IMG/VR virus record: IMGVR_UViG_3300002092_000035
Span: 27,155 to 91,154 of that record
Strand: one strand, 5' to 3'
Source: a virus
Length of the DNA stretch: 64,000 nt
A program made the translations under genes and the position numbers. Of the stretch, positions 63,756 to 64,000 are shown piece after piece. Numbering within the stretch: the first letter of the stretch is position 1; each line of letters starts with the position of its first letter. The notes under the pieces are model-generated. The model did no database searches and was not told the origin of the DNA. It worked only from the letters and a program-made list of their open reading frames with translations.

Positions 63756-64000
63756 TTATGCCATCTGTCTTTCTTTTGTAGTTACCCAATGGACGAGTTG
63801 ATCTACTGGTTTGTCGTTCAGGAACCAAACTTTGGTGCCATCTGCATGTTCAAATGCCGGACCATCTTCTCGGTGAGTTTTGCCGTTCAGATACCAAATT
63901 TTGGTGCCATTTGCATCTTCAAATGCCGGACCATCTTCTCGGTGAGTTTTGCCGTTCAGGTACCATACTTTGGTGCCATCTGCATATTCAATTGCCGGGC
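63756..64000 (-). CDS. Repeat protein with 22-aa WYLNGK.HREDGPA units (5' partial)
   Basis: 66-bp tandem repeats; open frame ends ...TKERQMA-stop. Confidence 0.8.
   Translation of the reverse strand, partial: PAIEYADGTKVWYLNGKTHREDGPAFEDANGTKIWYLNGKTHREDGPAFEHADGTKVWFLNDKPVDQLVHWVTTKERQMA

Noticed and set aside
1-64000. Stop-codon reassignment
   Set aside because: Known proteins are full length in code 11, all three stops are used at gene ends, and no intact suppressor tRNA was found
1-64000. CRISPR array
   Set aside because: No run of identical repeats with unique spacers; the repeats seen are coding (PVEEA, 66-bp units) or occur only twice

Overview
This 64 kb window looks like part of a large lytic T4-related jumbo phage genome. 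It is AT-rich and uses the standard genetic code. The host is probably an alphaproteobacterium, inferred from the TGCTATATT-type -10 boxes, the FdxA and IbpA/ROSE genes and a GC-rich imported patch. 1-16.5 kb (+) is a cluster of 21 tRNA genes. One carries an Azoarcus-like group I intron and several have atypical bodies. The cluster is interleaved with homing endonucleases, a nucleotide-sugar/radical-SAM locus, SAM decarboxylase, Pth2 and several unannotated structured RNAs. 16.6-25.8 kb (+) holds accessory genes, including a coupled array of 7 small paralogues; two of them begin with copies of conserved motifs from the major capsid protein (Gol region) and family B DNA polymerase. 25.9-64 kb is mostly on the minus strand: papain-like protease, lectin/fibre proteins, ErpA, SOD, IF-1, nucleotidase, dCMP deaminase, ferredoxin, an NAD salvage locus (NAMPT, macro domain, NMNAT-Nudix), ClpP/ClpS/Hsp20/ClpX, DNA ligase, an ArfA-like peptide and two inverted GIY-YIG endonuclease genes sharing a structured leader. 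Best candidates for undescribed biology: (1) the paralogue array carrying core-protein mimic peptides; (2) three small RNAs with a constant U-U handle stem and variable interior; (3) a DIP1984-like gene followed by a closed RNA with 7-nt periodic UUGU repeats; (4) endonuclease genes whose stop codon is tRNA U8-A9-G10; (5) a shared hairpin motif upstream of both NAD salvage genes. All calls are by eye; no database searches were run.
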